From assembly GCA_963921275.4 (NCBI GenBank), contig OZ001293.3, positions 1,856,001 through 1,920,000 of the forward strand: a stretch of 64,000 bases of DNA. Reading direction: 5' to 3'. The DNA comes from an uncultured Hormoscilla sp. GTDB lineage: Bacteria > Cyanobacteriota > Cyanobacteriia > Cyanobacteriales > Desertifilaceae. Below the pieces are notes generated by a model, which ran no database searches, was not told the origin of the DNA, and was given only the letters and a program-made list of their open reading frames with translations. Position 1 is the stretch's first letter; each line of letters starts with the position of its first letter. The translations under genes were made by a program, and so were the position numbers. Shown piece after piece: positions 11,790 through 23,535 of this stretch.

Positions 11790-13454
11790 TCAAATTGCAG
11801 CATTAGTTAGATGCTTCTGTAATGTTGCTAGGGGTAGGGGTCCTTGCAGGTGATGCCAGGGTAAGATTTGTGCTAAATCCCAATTATCATGGACGTAGTA
11901 TTCTAAATCTGGCAGTTGGCCTCGCAATTCCTTGAAGGCCCGGCGGTAAGCACCCAGGGAATCTCCATATTCTCTGGTTAATTCTAGCAGATGGGATAGA
12001 CGCCGATCGCCCTTGGCCATGAGTCCCTGGATGACAGACCAATTATAACTCTCGGGACGGAACTCAATGGACAGACGTCCCAATTCTTTCTGCAATAATT
12101 GCAGTCGTTTTTTGGCTTCCATATTGACTCCCAACCACTGAAAGGGCGTATGGGCCTTGGGGACAAAGGTACTGCATCCTAAGGTTAAGCGCAACCTGGG
12201 TACTGCTTTTTTAATCTCCGACATCATCTGGATGGTTGCTTCGACATCGGCGGGTTCCTCCCCCGGGATCCCCACCATGCCATAAACCTTCATCCCTTTT
12301 AATCCCCCCGCTTTGGCATTTGATGCCGCTTGGAAGATCTCTGCTTGCTCTAGCTTTTTGTTGATGATTTCCCGCAGTCTTGCCGAACCCGTTTCTACGG
12401 CAATAGTTATGGAACCTGTATGCCGTTTCCCTAGGGTTTGGGCTAACTTCTCGGTTACGGTATTGGCCCGCACTGAGGCGACAGACAGTCTCAGGTTGTC
12501 ATATGCGGGCTGAGTTAAATAATCTAGTAATTCCTCAAATTCGGGATGCTGAGTAACAGATGGTCCGAGTAACCCCAGTCGGTTCGTTACTGCTAATCCT
12601 TTCGCGATCGCGGGCAGCAAGGAACCAGCGATACTTGCGGTCCGGAAGGGCAGGGTGAGATAACTCGCTAGGCAAAAACGGCACATTTCCGGACAGCTGC
12701 GCGCGACTTCTACCATATAGATGTTTTCCCAGACTGCTTTGCTTGTTACTACTGTTGAGGCCGAGAGGGTATTGCCTCGGTAGGTCTGCTTTTCCACCTG
12801 AGCCGGAACTTCTTTGCTGACCGGACTGATAGAGGCGATCGGGCCTTTAACATGGGTGTAAACTACCTGATAGAGACTGGGAACGTAGACTCCTGGGACC
12901 CGTGCTAGCTGGTGCAGCTGTGAGAGTCTGTCACAATAGCGGACTTGCTTGTAAGCATTGATGAAATTGGGCAGCAGGTTTTCCCCATCACCCAGCAATA
13001 TGGCATCAAAGAAATCTGCAAAGGGTTCGGGATTGGCGGTTAATACCGGTCCGCCACCGAAGATCGGGGGATGGCGATCGTCCCGTCGGGCGGCACGTAA
13101 GGGGACTTGGAGAACTTCCAGCAAATGGAGGATATTAGCATAATCCAATTCCCAGGACAGGGAGAAGCCGACCAATTCCGGTGCTGAGGGCAATGGTTCG
13201 CGGACATCGGTGAATAGACGGGCCACTTGGACGTCGGGGCGCATTGCCAACATTGCCCAGATTACTTGATATCCCAGGCTAGTGATGCCGACGCTGTAGC
13301 AGTTGGGGAAAGCGTAGATGGTGGGTATGGCATCAGGGTCCGGGGTTACCGGGGTAAATATGAGACGTTCCTGGGCAAATACGGGCTTTTTCACTGTTAT
13401 TTTGCTGTCTGGGGGATGGTTTGGTGGTTGGCTGCCTATAGGCACTGTTTTCAA
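11790..13454 (-). CDS. Radical SAM protein (B12-binding-like N-terminus)
   Basis: CxxxCxxC motif RSCPEMCRFCLASY; GGPVLTANPEP..GDGE; true start probably slightly downstream. Confidence 0.9.
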   Translation of the reverse strand: MKTVPIGSQPPNHPPDSKITVKKPVFAQERLIFTPVTPDPDAIPTIYAFPNCYSVGITSLGYQVIWAMLAMRPDVQVARLFTDVREPLPSAPELVGFSLSWELDYANILHLLEVLQVPLRAARRDDRHPPIFGGGPVLTANPEPFADFFDAILLGDGENLLPNFINAYKQVRYCDRLSQLHQLARVPGVYVPSLYQVVYTHVKGPIASISPVSKEVPAQVEKQTYRGNTLSASTVVTSKAVWENIYMVEVARSCPEMCRFCLASYLTLPFRTASIAGSLLPAIAKGLAVTNRLGLLGPSVTQHPEFEELLDYLTQPAYDNLRLSVASVRANTVTEKLAQTLGKRHTGSITIAVETGSARLREIINKKLEQAEIFQAASNAKAGGLKGMKVYGMVGIPGEEPADVEATIQMMSEIKKAVPRLRLTLGCSTFVPKAHTPFQWLGVNMEAKKRLQLLQKELGRLSIEFRPESYNWSVIQGLMAKGDRRLSHLLELTREYGDSLGAYRRAFKELRGQLPDLEYYVHDNWDLAQILPWHHLQGPLPLATLQKHLTNAAI

Positions 13455-13555
13455 CTCATACCTTCCATCCTAGTCTAAAAATGCAAATTTGTCAAATATG
13501 CTTTTTGGCGCTCTATCTTTGAACGGGAAACTGTTAGGAAACTGTTATCCCGCCT

Positions 13556-13677
13556 TCCGTGTCTCGTGGTCGCTCGATGTTCCTCGGGAACTCTTGCGAA
13601 GGCCGCGCTAGTCGCACTACCCAAGAGACTCGCACTACCCGGGGAACATCGTACTCGCACTACCCACGAGACACGGA
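13556..13677. repeat. Triple-nested hairpin element carrying three TCGCACTACCC motifs
   Basis: Arms TCCGTGTCTCGTGG/CCACGAGACACGGA, CGATGTTCCTCGG/CCGGGGAACATCG, CTCTTG/CAAGAG. Confidence 0.85.
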
Positions 13678-13789
13678 TGGTTCAAACCCCCTGCTAATAG
13701 CTAAAGGAAACTGTTATCCCGCAGGGGGTTCCAAACTCCCTGCTAATAGCTAAAGTCGGTTGAAAACCGACTAAAAACATTGTCTATTT

Positions 13790-14446
13790 GGTATTATACC
13801 CCACGCGATCGCGCCCCAAGCAAGAAACCGGGTAATGCCGACAATTTTGGCATCTTGACCGAGATTTTACTCTTGAACTCGGTTTCTGAACCGGAATGCG
13901 CTCGCTCCTACACCGCTTCTCCATCATCATCAGGATCTGCTTTTGCAGGATACCCCGCTGCAAAAACATAATCTTCTTCCGCCGCTACTTCATTTAAATC
14001 ACCAAATTTTACTGGTTCATATCTTTATCTTTGTCTGGCAAATTCCAAAATAGCTAAATCATTTCGCCCAAATCTATTATCATTCCTGTGTAGCTCGATA
14101 TTCGTTGCCAGTGTATGTCCTGATCTTATACGAGTCTGATTTTTTCGCAACATGTTCATTCGTTAATACCGTATGATTTTGTTGCAAACAGATAATAATT
14201 CCCGAACATAACTGTTCCCTTCTGTCTCCGCTTCTAACTTGAAATGTTATTTTACGGGCTCTTTTATAGAGTTTCTCATAGCTTGAGTCTCCTTGAGCAA
14301 TAGGTCTCACTAATTTTTGAAGAATAAGTATCTAATTCGGGAGCTGCCGGATGTTTTTGCCATGACAAAACCCCTTGTTTAGTTACAACAGCTAATGGCA
14401 GTCATACTGCCCCAATCAGTATTGAGAATAGCGAATTTTTATTCAT
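13790..14446 (-). pseudogene. Trypsin-like serine protease pseudogene
   Basis: CSGIII..VLTNEHVA, DLAIL and VFAAGYP segments in different frames with stops; truncated. Confidence 0.75.
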
Positions 14447-14546
14447 TTTAGCTCCCCTTTTCTTATTCAATCCCAGTATAGTATGAGGTGTCTACTTATT
14501 ACCCTCTAATTGATTAACCGTTCTGGCAAGGAATGGGAAGAATTAT

Positions 14547-15905
14547 GGCTCTTCGGTACCTAGTTTGCTAAACTATCAAATAAATCCTCGTAAAATTCAA
14601 CCACAATTGTTATCCTTGAAGAGTAAACATATTGCTGTACTTGACTTGTAGCGGTTTTTATCCTTTACTGAACTTGAGGAAAAATTGAAAATTGAGTGAA
14701 ATCATCATGGCAGGACAACTCAAACTACTAACCGATTTTCTTAACATCCCAGATGTTAAAGTTATTCATTTCATACAGGATCCATCTCTAGGAATAATCC
14801 TCTCCGTAGCTAGTTTAAATTCTGAAGTAGCTTGTCCTCACTGCGCTCAAATGAGTCATAAACTTCACCAAAATCATTCAGATCTCATTAAAGACTTACC
14901 TATGAATGATCAAAATGTTTATTTACAGGTAAATAAACGACAAATGTGAAAATTGTTTAAAAACTTTTAGTGAGCCTTTGGGTTTTTGCGAATCAAAACG
15001 CAACTATACTAAAAGACTTGCCTCAGATATATTGAGTCAGGTAAAACATAGTAATATTAAAAGTGTTGCCGAAAGGACAGGGGTAAGTGAGTCAGAAATT
15101 GAAACTATTTTAAAGGATTTAAAAAACATTTGGTAGGTCAAAAACCTCAAGAGTTAAAAAGATATTGATGAAATTAGTTTAATAAAAAGACAAGGTAATT
15201 ATTGTGCGGTATTAGTAGATTTGGACAATAGTCAACTTCTAGCTTTAGTTTCTGATAGAAATCAAGAAGCTATTGAGAAAGTGCTGATGGATATAGAGGT
15301 TTTGGAAGGTATAGAAGAAGTTAGCATTGATTTGTCCTTATAAAAGTCTGGTAGAAAAATTAATGCCCAATGCTGATGTGGTAGCTGATAGATTTCATGT
15401 AATGAACCAGGTTCAAAAAGAATTAGACAATAGTCGTAAACAAGCAAAAAACGAGGTAAAAAAATGGATGAATCCGATAACTGCCAAACTAAATGCAATT
15501 AATCACAGTAAATATGTGCTACTTGCTAACTCAGTTAAACGAAGTTAAAAAAAGTAAATTATAAGAAATCAATAAATAATTTACAAAACCTCAAAAGATG
15601 CATGAATTAAAAGAGAAATTTAGAAATATTTTTGATGAAAATATTAATTGGTTAGATGCTTTATTAAATTTAGCGGTTGAAAAAATCAGCAGAACTTTTT
15701 CCATCAAGGTACAATTCGTCGCTGGTTAGTAGAGATAACAGCATATGCGGAGAAAAACTAATGGTATAGTAGAGGGAATCAACCAAAAAATTAAGTTAGT
15801 CAAACGGAGCGGATTTGGTTTTCGTAACCTAGACAATTTTGAGCTAAGATGTTTGTTATCTTTTCAAGATTAGCAATAGTTTAGCAAACCAAGTACCGAA
15901 GAGCC
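14547..15905 (+). mobile_element. ISL3-family element, degenerate transposase
   Basis: TIRs GGCTCTTCGGTAC..GTTTGCTAAACTA; 8-bp TSD AGAATTAT on both sides; CPHC, VVADRFHV, EGINQKIKLVKR motifs. Confidence 0.95.
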
Positions 15906-16119
15906 AGAATTATTTGTCTTACATTCCCTATAACCGGCTACCAACGTAAAGCGGGACAAATTTGCGGTTGTGCGATCGGGCCAAATGCCTGTGGGCTGGA
16001 AGCCTTGCATCATGGGCTGTCCCGGCTTAAGTTGGTAGCCTCCCGCAGCATCCAGGATCGGAACTAAAGCAACTATCCAGAAAATGCGAGCATCTTTTAA
16101 GCCTCTGCATCGCACGGGA

Positions 16120-16495
16120 TCCATCTCTAACAGAAGAGCAGCAGGAGAACCTGAAAATGATTACGATTCTGTGGCGAGCATTTACTAGAGTTGATTGAAA
16201 AGATTTTGTCAATGTCTAAAATAGATGCAGCCAGGATTGATCTGAACCTGAATAGCTTAGACCTGTATTATCCGATCGACTCTCTGGAAGAAATGTTTCA
16301 AAGGGACCATGGCTGTTGAGTGGGTAGAACAGCTAGAGCAAGCAGCGCTAGAATTGGATGAGGACGTCTTGACAAGCTGATGGAGCTTCTGGCGCAGGAA
16401 TTTGCCTCTCTGGTAAATTGCTTGTCGGATTTGGTGCAAACATTTAGGTTTGACCTCATGGATTTAGCTGAACAAGCTATTGCCAGTTATCAGTG
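16120..16495 (+). pseudogene. Hybrid histidine kinase remnant (HisKA fragment and C-terminal tail)
   Basis: LTEEQQENLKMI...ILSMSKIDAARIDLN and EWVEQLEQAALELDED...FRFD segments with stops and deletions. Confidence 0.6.
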
Positions 16496-16758
16496 AACGG
16501 GCTGTGTCCCCCGGGTAATGCGATTAGCGCGCTGCGTCTCCTCTTTTGTGTGAATATGATGTCCCCCTCGCCGTGCGTCCGGGGGACATCAAGCTCCCAG
16601 GAGACGCAGCACCGAGGGACACAGGAAGTGTAGGGGGCCGAGCTCGTCCAGAGGGGGTTGGCAACGGTCCTATACAGTTGAGAGGAAATAATGAAATAGG
16701 CTTGACAAAGAAAAAATTGTAATATAGTAATAGTTAAGGGTTCAGGAGAGTAACTATT

Positions 16759-17100
16759 ATGGCAATGGATGTCCAGAGTGTAAAATATGGGATAGTCATG
16801 GTAACAGCGGGTTCCCGTTCGGAGGCAGAGGCGATCGCCTCCAGTTTAGTTGAAGCAAAACTAGCCGCATGTGTGAGCATAACCCCCATAAAGTCCATCT
16901 ACAGCTGGGAAGGAAAAATAGAATCTCAAGAGGAATGGCAACTGACGATCAAAACAGACTTAGGTCAATTTGCGGCCCTAGAAGCCCAAGTACTCCAATT
17001 GCACTCCTACGAAGTGCCCGAAATCATCGCCCTGCCGCTGGTAACCGGTTCTCAACCATACCTGGAATGGATATCTGCAAATGTGGTCGATGGCAAATAG
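16759..17100 (+). CDS. cutA: Divalent-cation tolerance protein CutA
   Basis: LAACV..SIYSWEGKIE..E..IKT...HSYEVPEIIALP...YLEW; AGGAG RBS. Confidence 0.95.
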   Translation: MAMDVQSVKYGIVMVTAGSRSEAEAIASSLVEAKLAACVSITPIKSIYSWEGKIESQEEWQLTIKTDLGQFAALEAQVLQLHSYEVPEIIALPLVTGSQPYLEWISANVVDGK

Positions 17101-17159
17101 CAAGAAAAAATAGCGGCGTTGCACAATCACGGGATGATGAGCATAGTTGCAGAAGTTTT

Positions 17160-18476
17160 GGCTCTTCGGTACTTGGTTTGCTAAACTATTGCTAATCTTG
17201 AAAAGCTAACAAACATCTTAGCTCAAAGTTTTCTATGTTACGAAAACCAAATCCACACCGTTTTATCAATTTTAGTTTTTGGTTAATTCCTTCCACGATT
17301 AGTTGTTTTTTTCTCAAAATATGCTGTTATCTAAACTAACTAACGACGGATTGTCCCTTGAATTTTTGGAAATAAATCTGCTAATTTTTTTAACCATTCC
17401 GCTAAATTTAACAAGCCATCTAACCAATTTATATTTGACTCAAATATTTTCCTAAACTCTTCTTTAAGTTCGTGCATTTTTTGAATCTTAGGAAATTCTT
17501 TCTTGACTTCTTCTAATTTACTTTTTTGAACGTCAGTTATTTGAGTTGGCAAGTATTACAAATTTGCTGTGATTAATTGCATTTCGCTGTTTTTTTCTCA
17601 GATTCAGCCATCTTATTGACCTCTTTTTTAGCTTGCTTACGACTGTTGTCTAATTCTTTTTGAACCTGGTTCATCACATGAAATCTATCAGCTACCACCT
17701 CGACATTAGGGATTAATTTTTCTACTAAGCTTTTATAAGGACAAATCAATACTAACCTCTTCTATGCCTGAGAACACGTCTATTCCCCAATCCATCAACA
17801 CTTTTTCAATGGCTTCTTGGGTTCTGTCAGGGACTAAAGCTAAAAGTTGACTGGTGTCCAAATCTACTAACACTGCACAGTAATTACCTTGTCCTTTTCT
17901 CATTCCTTATTCATCAATCCCCAATCTTTTTAACTCTTGAGGTTTTTGACCCACTAATTCTTTTTTTAAATCCTTTAACATAGTTTCAATTTCTGACTCA
18001 CCGGTTTTTTCTGCAACACTTTTAATATTACTATCTTTTACCTGACTCAATATATACTCAGCCAGTCTTTTAGTATAGTTGCGCAAAAATCTAATTGCTC
18101 GCTAAAAGTTATTAAACATTTTTGGCATTTAAATTGTCGCAGATTTATTTGTAAATAAACATCTTGACCACTCATAGGTAAATCTTCGATTAAATACGAA
18201 TGATTTTGATGCAGATGATGACTCATTTGACCGCAGTGAAGGCAAGCCGCCTCCGAACTCAAACTGGCTACGGTGAGGACTATTCCCAGGGATGGTTCCT
18301 GTATGAAATGAGCAACTTTAATATCCCTGATATTGAGAATATCTGTTAGTAGTTTTAGTTGTGCATTGGAAGCCATGATAACTTTACCCCTTAATTTTCA
18401 ATTAACCCTAAATATTATTGAAGCATAAAAATGGCTACAAGTCAAGCTATTCAATAGTTTTCTGGTTATAAAATAC
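17160..18476 (-). mobile_element. ISL3-family element, degenerate, left end missing
   Basis: TIR GGCTCTTCGGTACTTGGTTTGCTAAACTA at 17160; transposase fragments similar to 14547-15905; no second TIR. Confidence 0.9.
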
Positions 18477-18477
18477 A

Positions 18478-18936
18478 CCGGGTCAATTGTGGCGCTTTGA
18501 GATTAACCGGAACGGCCAAACAGTGCAGCGTCAATTGTTAGAAAGTCGCTGTTGTGAGTTTCCCTTTGTGCATTCCCGACGAGTGGGACGGCCTTACCGC
18601 TATCTGTTTATCGGTGCAGCTGATCGGGCGAGGGGAAATGCTCCCCTGCAAGCTATACTCAAGATTGACTGGATGTCAGGAGAACGGCAACTCTGGAGTG
18701 CTGCACCCCAAGGATTTGTGAGCGAACCGATTTTCGTTCCGCGCCCTGGTGCTGCTGAGGAAGATGATGGCTGGGTGCTCGCTCTGGTGTATGATAACGA
18801 GCATCACCGCTCTGATGTGGCGATCTTGGATGCCCGTGACTTGAACAAAGGACCAGTGGGGAGACTGCATTTAAAGCATCATATCCCCTATGGGTTGCAC
18901 GGTAGCTTTACTCCTGAGTGGTTCGGTCCGCAATGA
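18478..18936 (+). pseudogene. Carotenoid oxygenase (RPE65/ACO family), C-terminal fragment only
   Basis: CCEFP, SEPIFVPRP..EDDGW, HHIPYGLHGSF; 5' two-thirds absent; abuts ISL3 remnant. Confidence 0.88.
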
Positions 18937-18959
18937 CATTGGCACTGGGCCATGATAGT

Positions 18960-19240
18960 CAATATTTGGGAATTACCTGCGCTACGATGTAATATAAACG
19001 AGGGGCGATCGCTTCCTTTTATAATACATAAATTACAAATAATACAAAATATTTGAATTACGTGTACTACGATACAATATAGAAGGAAAGCGATCGCCTG
19101 GGTACAATAATACAAAATTTACAAATAAATATTTGAATTACGCGCCCTATAAAGTAGTACAAAAAGGGGATTAATAATACAAAATTTACAAATCCTACAT
19201 TTTTGATTACGTGCGCTACGATGTAATATGTATGCGATCG
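18960..19240. repeat. Four degenerate AT-rich 70-85-bp direct repeats
   Basis: Recurrent AATAATACAAAATTTACAAAT...TTTGAATTACG.GC.CTACGAT. Confidence 0.6.
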
Positions 19241-19834
19241 AAAGTAGTTGAATTAGTAAAGCAATTTATGCTCTCTCAACTGGTGAAATAGTCAGATATG
19301 AGCTTTGTTTTACCAACTGGTTTTGACCACACCCTAGAGCGTCGATCCATTAATAGGTAGTGGGTCACAAGTAGTGATTTTAGCGCCTGAGACAACTGTG
19401 GCAAGACCCCGATCGCGCAGCGACTGCGCAGTCGCCCGGCCTTGGCCACTGCCGCCGTTCCAGAACAGTATATCTCATTGGTCCCTCAACCGGGCTATAA
19501 GGGATAAAACCTTCAGAGATTCAGAACCGCTGTTGGTGACGGGCTGGGGAGACCAATAATGCAAATGTAACCAACTGAGCAGCCAAATGCAAGCTAGAGA
19601 TGAGCAAATTGAAAACCATCTCTTTTTGACGATGGAGAAGGCGATCGCTCTTTGCAGTAATATGGGCAAGAGCAGCAAAGGGACAAATATGCCCAGAAAT
19701 GCTACAATCAGTTGATCCCAAAAGATTAGTCGGAGCAGTAAATAGCAAATAATTAATCCTGAGTAGCTGTAGGCTAAGAGGGCGATCGCCTTTTTGAGCG
19801 ATCGGCAAATATTTATCTTACCTATGGGGAGATG

Positions 19835-20768
19835 GTGCGATTCGTTCAGGCGTAAACTGGCGACGGTGAAGTCTGGTCTGGTTTCATTTGCCGGATAACT
19901 CTGGTTATCATGGGGTTAAATTCCCTCTCCCCAGGTGTGGGGGGTCGAGGGTACTACCGGTCCTTAGTGCTGCGGGGTCACATCGCCGTGGTGCTCCGCT
20001 AGGACTTAAATGTAGGATAGCTGGCAGCCTAACCCAGTGACGCCGCTAGGAAAGATGCTCATGGTTAGAATAAGCGAACCTGTTAAAGCCTCGTTACATA
20101 GAACCAGCGGAATAAGGCTTATACGCTGGCCCAAAAGGGAAAATGGTAGTTAGTGTTGGTAGTCATCTATTGCCAGCATCGCACCCAAAGAACTCCCGGG
20201 GTATAGCAGGGGCCTACAAGCATCGAGAAATGATACCAGGGAACGAAGTAACCTCACGTGAGCTGTCCCCATTTGGACCAGTTAGATGTAAAGCGCAAGC
20301 CGCGAAGAGGAAGGATGTTCTAAGAAGCCAACGCCTGGGGTAATGCCTGGGATATGCAGACGTAGGACGGATATGGTAAGAAGCCTTTGGTGAAAGTAGC
20401 CCTAACACGTCGCAAAACTTAGGAGAAATCCAAAAGTATGAATATGGACTAGAGTCTCAGCCGGGTAAAGTTCAGAGCCCCGATAAATTGCCAGAATGGG
20501 GAAATGTTAGAGAAGAGCGGCTAGAATGGTTTGCTGAACTACCCTCCGCGATCGCGCAGCGTGCGCGCAGCGCATACCTTCCGGAGCTGAAATCATTAAC
20601 GGTCCAATAGGATTGACCATAAGGGGTAAAATTACAGAGGGTAAGGGGAATACGGGGTAACCTAATTATTGATGATGATATGCCTAAGGACAAGCCCCAG
20701 CGGTGAAAGTCGCAAGTCCGGTTCCCCTCTTGGAGGGTTGGGGAGTGATTCCCAGCTCGACCCCGACC
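19835..20768 (+). ncRNA. ORF-less group II intron 2 (934 nt), domain V damaged
   Basis: GTGCGATTCGTTC start; colinear with intron 1; EBS1 CATCT matches exon end AGATG; ends CTCGACCCCGACC; DV 5' arm AAGCCCCAGCGG is mispaired. Confidence 0.88.
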
Positions 20769-20864
20769 ATTCATTACGAAGCGCTGCGCGCCGCTGCGCG
20801 ATCGGAAATCTTAAGTTGAATGTAAGGTGGGCAGTGCCCACCCTACAAGCGCCACAACGAGCCT

Positions 20865-22586
20865 TTAATAAAAACTCCCTGACTTACGGTGATGTACGGA
20901 GGTAACCCCTTCAGGGTCGAGGACTTTGCCTTCATTGACAACAGCATAGACTACCCAGTGGTCGGCGCATTCCATCCGATCGCCCACAGTACATTCTAGA
21001 TAAGCTAGGGCATCCGTGAGGACAGGACAACCATTGTTTGCTGCCGTGGTGTTCAAACCGGCAAAGCGGTCTTCGCCTGGGGTAAACTTTTTAGTAAAAT
21101 GCTTAAACAGTTGTTGATTTCCCTCACTCAGAATATTGATCGCAAATTTGTCTCCGGTATGAGTCAAAGATTCCATCGCCCGGTCCTTAGCCACAGCGAC
21201 TGTCAAACCCGGAGGATTAAAGGTGGCTTGGGATACCCAGCTAGCTAACATGGCACTGGTAACATCCCCCCGCTTGGCAGAAACGATGCAGGTAGAACCA
21301 ACTATCCGCCCTACTGCTTGGGCCGTGCGATCGGTCGCACTTACTGCTGGTTTGGGGGTGCGTCGTTTCTGAGATTTTTTCAATGCTTGGGCAAACTTAA
21401 TCCCCGTTTCTTTGCATTCTTGCAGGGTGACATCTGTGGGTTTGAACTTGACGCGGATGGGTTCAAAGCCCAACTTATAACCCCCATCTTTTAATTTATT
21501 TTCGATCAGGTCGATCGCCTCTCCACTCCAACCGAAGGAACCAAACACCCCCGCCAATTTATCTTTAGCAACCGTGGAAAGCACAATACCCAAAGCGGTT
21601 TGAATTTGCGTGGGTGCGTGACTGCCGAGAGTGGGAGAACCGATAATAAAGCCATCGCATTTTTCCACAGCTGCTTGCATTTCTGCCGGTTCAGCCGCTT
21701 CGCAATTGATCGATTCTACTGCGACTCCTGCTTTGGTAATCCCACGGGCGATCGCCTGGGCCAGGGATGCCGTATTTCCGTAAGCGCTAGCATAAAGTAG
21801 GGCAACTGTCAAGTCCCGATCGCTTTGTCGAGCACTCCACTTGCGGTACTCTTTGGTAAGTTCCGTCATCCCGTCGCGTACCAGAGGACCGTGACTGGGC
21901 CCATAGAACAATATCTGCAAATCAGCGATTTTGTCCAGGGCGGAAACTACCTGTTTAGCCTGTGCCGCGTGCAGGCAATCATAATAGAAACGACGGTCTT
22001 CCCTGTAAACTGCCCAACCCTCATCAAATACTTGGTCGCCGCAAACGTGGGCACCGAAAAATTTATCCGTAAACAGGATTTGCGTTTGGCGATCGTAAGT
22101 TAATAGACCATCAGGCCATCGGGGCGTGGGCGCAGCGATGAATTGTAACTGATGTCCCTTGCCTAAATCAAGGGTATCTTCCCCGCGCACCACAGTAATG
22201 TTCAATTCTTGCTTTTCAAAGAACTGCCGCAGGGCGATCGCCGCCGGATTTGAACAGACAAAAGTTAGCTGCGGTGCCAATTCTAGCAAAGCTTTCAGAG
22301 TTCCACCTCGGTTGGCATTAAAATGTCCCAGAATGACATAATCAAGCTGACTCATATCCAGGCGCTGCTGCAATGACTCTAGATAATTTTTGGTGAAAGA
22401 TTCACCCGGCGGGTCTATTATAGCAGTGCGATCGGCTTGGATGAGGAAACTATTTGCCGTCGTCCCCTTTTGCAAGGAATACTCCACCTCGAACTTGAGA
22501 CGGTCCCAAGTGCGAGACCTTAATGCTTTTGTCTCGCTAGCGATCTGGACGATCTGGACATCTCGTTGCTTAGTAGTCTGTAACAT
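20865..22586 (-). CDS. flv1: Flavodiiron protein, Flv1 type
   Basis: LRSRTWDRLKFEVEY..GTTANS, PTPRWPD; flavodoxin and flavin-reductase domains; non-canonical iron ligands. Confidence 0.85.
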   Translation of the reverse strand: MLQTTKQRDVQIVQIASETKALRSRTWDRLKFEVEYSLQKGTTANSFLIQADRTAIIDPPGESFTKNYLESLQQRLDMSQLDYVILGHFNANRGGTLKALLELAPQLTFVCSNPAAIALRQFFEKQELNITVVRGEDTLDLGKGHQLQFIAAPTPRWPDGLLTYDRQTQILFTDKFFGAHVCGDQVFDEGWAVYREDRRFYYDCLHAAQAKQVVSALDKIADLQILFYGPSHGPLVRDGMTELTKEYRKWSARQSDRDLTVALLYASAYGNTASLAQAIARGITKAGVAVESINCEAAEPAEMQAAVEKCDGFIIGSPTLGSHAPTQIQTALGIVLSTVAKDKLAGVFGSFGWSGEAIDLIENKLKDGGYKLGFEPIRVKFKPTDVTLQECKETGIKFAQALKKSQKRRTPKPAVSATDRTAQAVGRIVGSTCIVSAKRGDVTSAMLASWVSQATFNPPGLTVAVAKDRAMESLTHTGDKFAINILSEGNQQLFKHFTKKFTPGEDRFAGLNTTAANNGCPVLTDALAYLECTVGDRMECADHWVVYAVVNEGKVLDPEGVTSVHHRKSGSFY

Positions 22587-22854
22587 GGGTAAGGAATCAG
22601 GATTATCCAATTTCACGATCGGTTCACGATCTAGAATAATCCCGATCGCCCCTTAGATACATAAATAGCTTCGGCCTCCAGCAGGGGATAGCACCAACAG
22701 CATCTCAATTTTGAATTAAGAAACCCGGTTTTTTGAGAAAAACCGGGTTTCCGCTCTACCAGTGAATATACTGACCGCAAAAGTGAGATTCACCCACTGA
22801 TAACCGCATGCGCTGCGTGCACGCTACGCGGACGCGCCGATGGCCGATCCGCTG

Positions 22855-23535
22855 TTAAGAAGCTTCAGCACCTACCCAATAATAGCTGCCACTTTTGCGG
22901 TGATGCACCGATGCCTGAGGGGTTTTTGCGAAGCATCCCGAAGGCATCGAAGCGCTGATACCGTCAGGTTGCAAGACCTGACCTTTTTCCGTGACCCCAT
23001 AGATAACCCAGTGGTCGCCACATTCTATGGGATGATGGACGGTACATTCCAGATAAGCTAAAGCCTCAGTCAGAATGGGACAACCATTATCACCGGTATC
23101 CGTTGACAAACCAGCCAAGCGGTCTTCTCTCGGGGCAAAGCGTTTCATGAAGTGCTTCTGTAGCTGCTTCCCCTCACTCAGGATGTTCACGACAAATTTG
23201 TCTCCCGTGTGCATTAGAGATTCATCACCCGTTCTTTGGCCATCGTTGGGGGTAAATTTGACCCGGATGGGTTCAAAGCCAAACTTATAGCCAGCATCTT
23301 TCAATTTACCTTCGATCTGATCGATCGCTTCCCCACTCCAGCCGTAGGAACCAAAAACACCCGCGAGTTTATTTTTCGAGGCCGTCGAGATCGTGATGCC
23401 CAAAGCAGTTTGAATTTGGGTCGGCGATGTCTCCTGTGTGCCGATGGCGCTGCGCTGGGGGCGCAGCCATGTCCCCTGGGACAAGAGCTCTGGCAGAGAT
23501 ATCGAAGCGTGACCGCCCAGGGTAGGGGAATCGCA
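22855..23535 (-). pseudogene. Partial duplicate of a flv1-type gene with an internal deletion and two in-frame repeat insertions
   Basis: SPTLGGHA[27 aa]PTQIQTALG ... PDGISA[14 aa]VHHRKSG versus intact flv1. Confidence 0.85.

Noticed and set aside
20822..20847. GGTGGGC..TGCCCACCCTAC hairpin (also near 48544) as something novel
   Set aside because: Ordinary REP-like palindrome common in cyanobacteria; may simply act as a terminator
20143..20905. Short ORFs within intron 2 as an intron-encoded protein
   Set aside because: No RT (YADD), maturase or HNH motifs; all 100 aa or shorter
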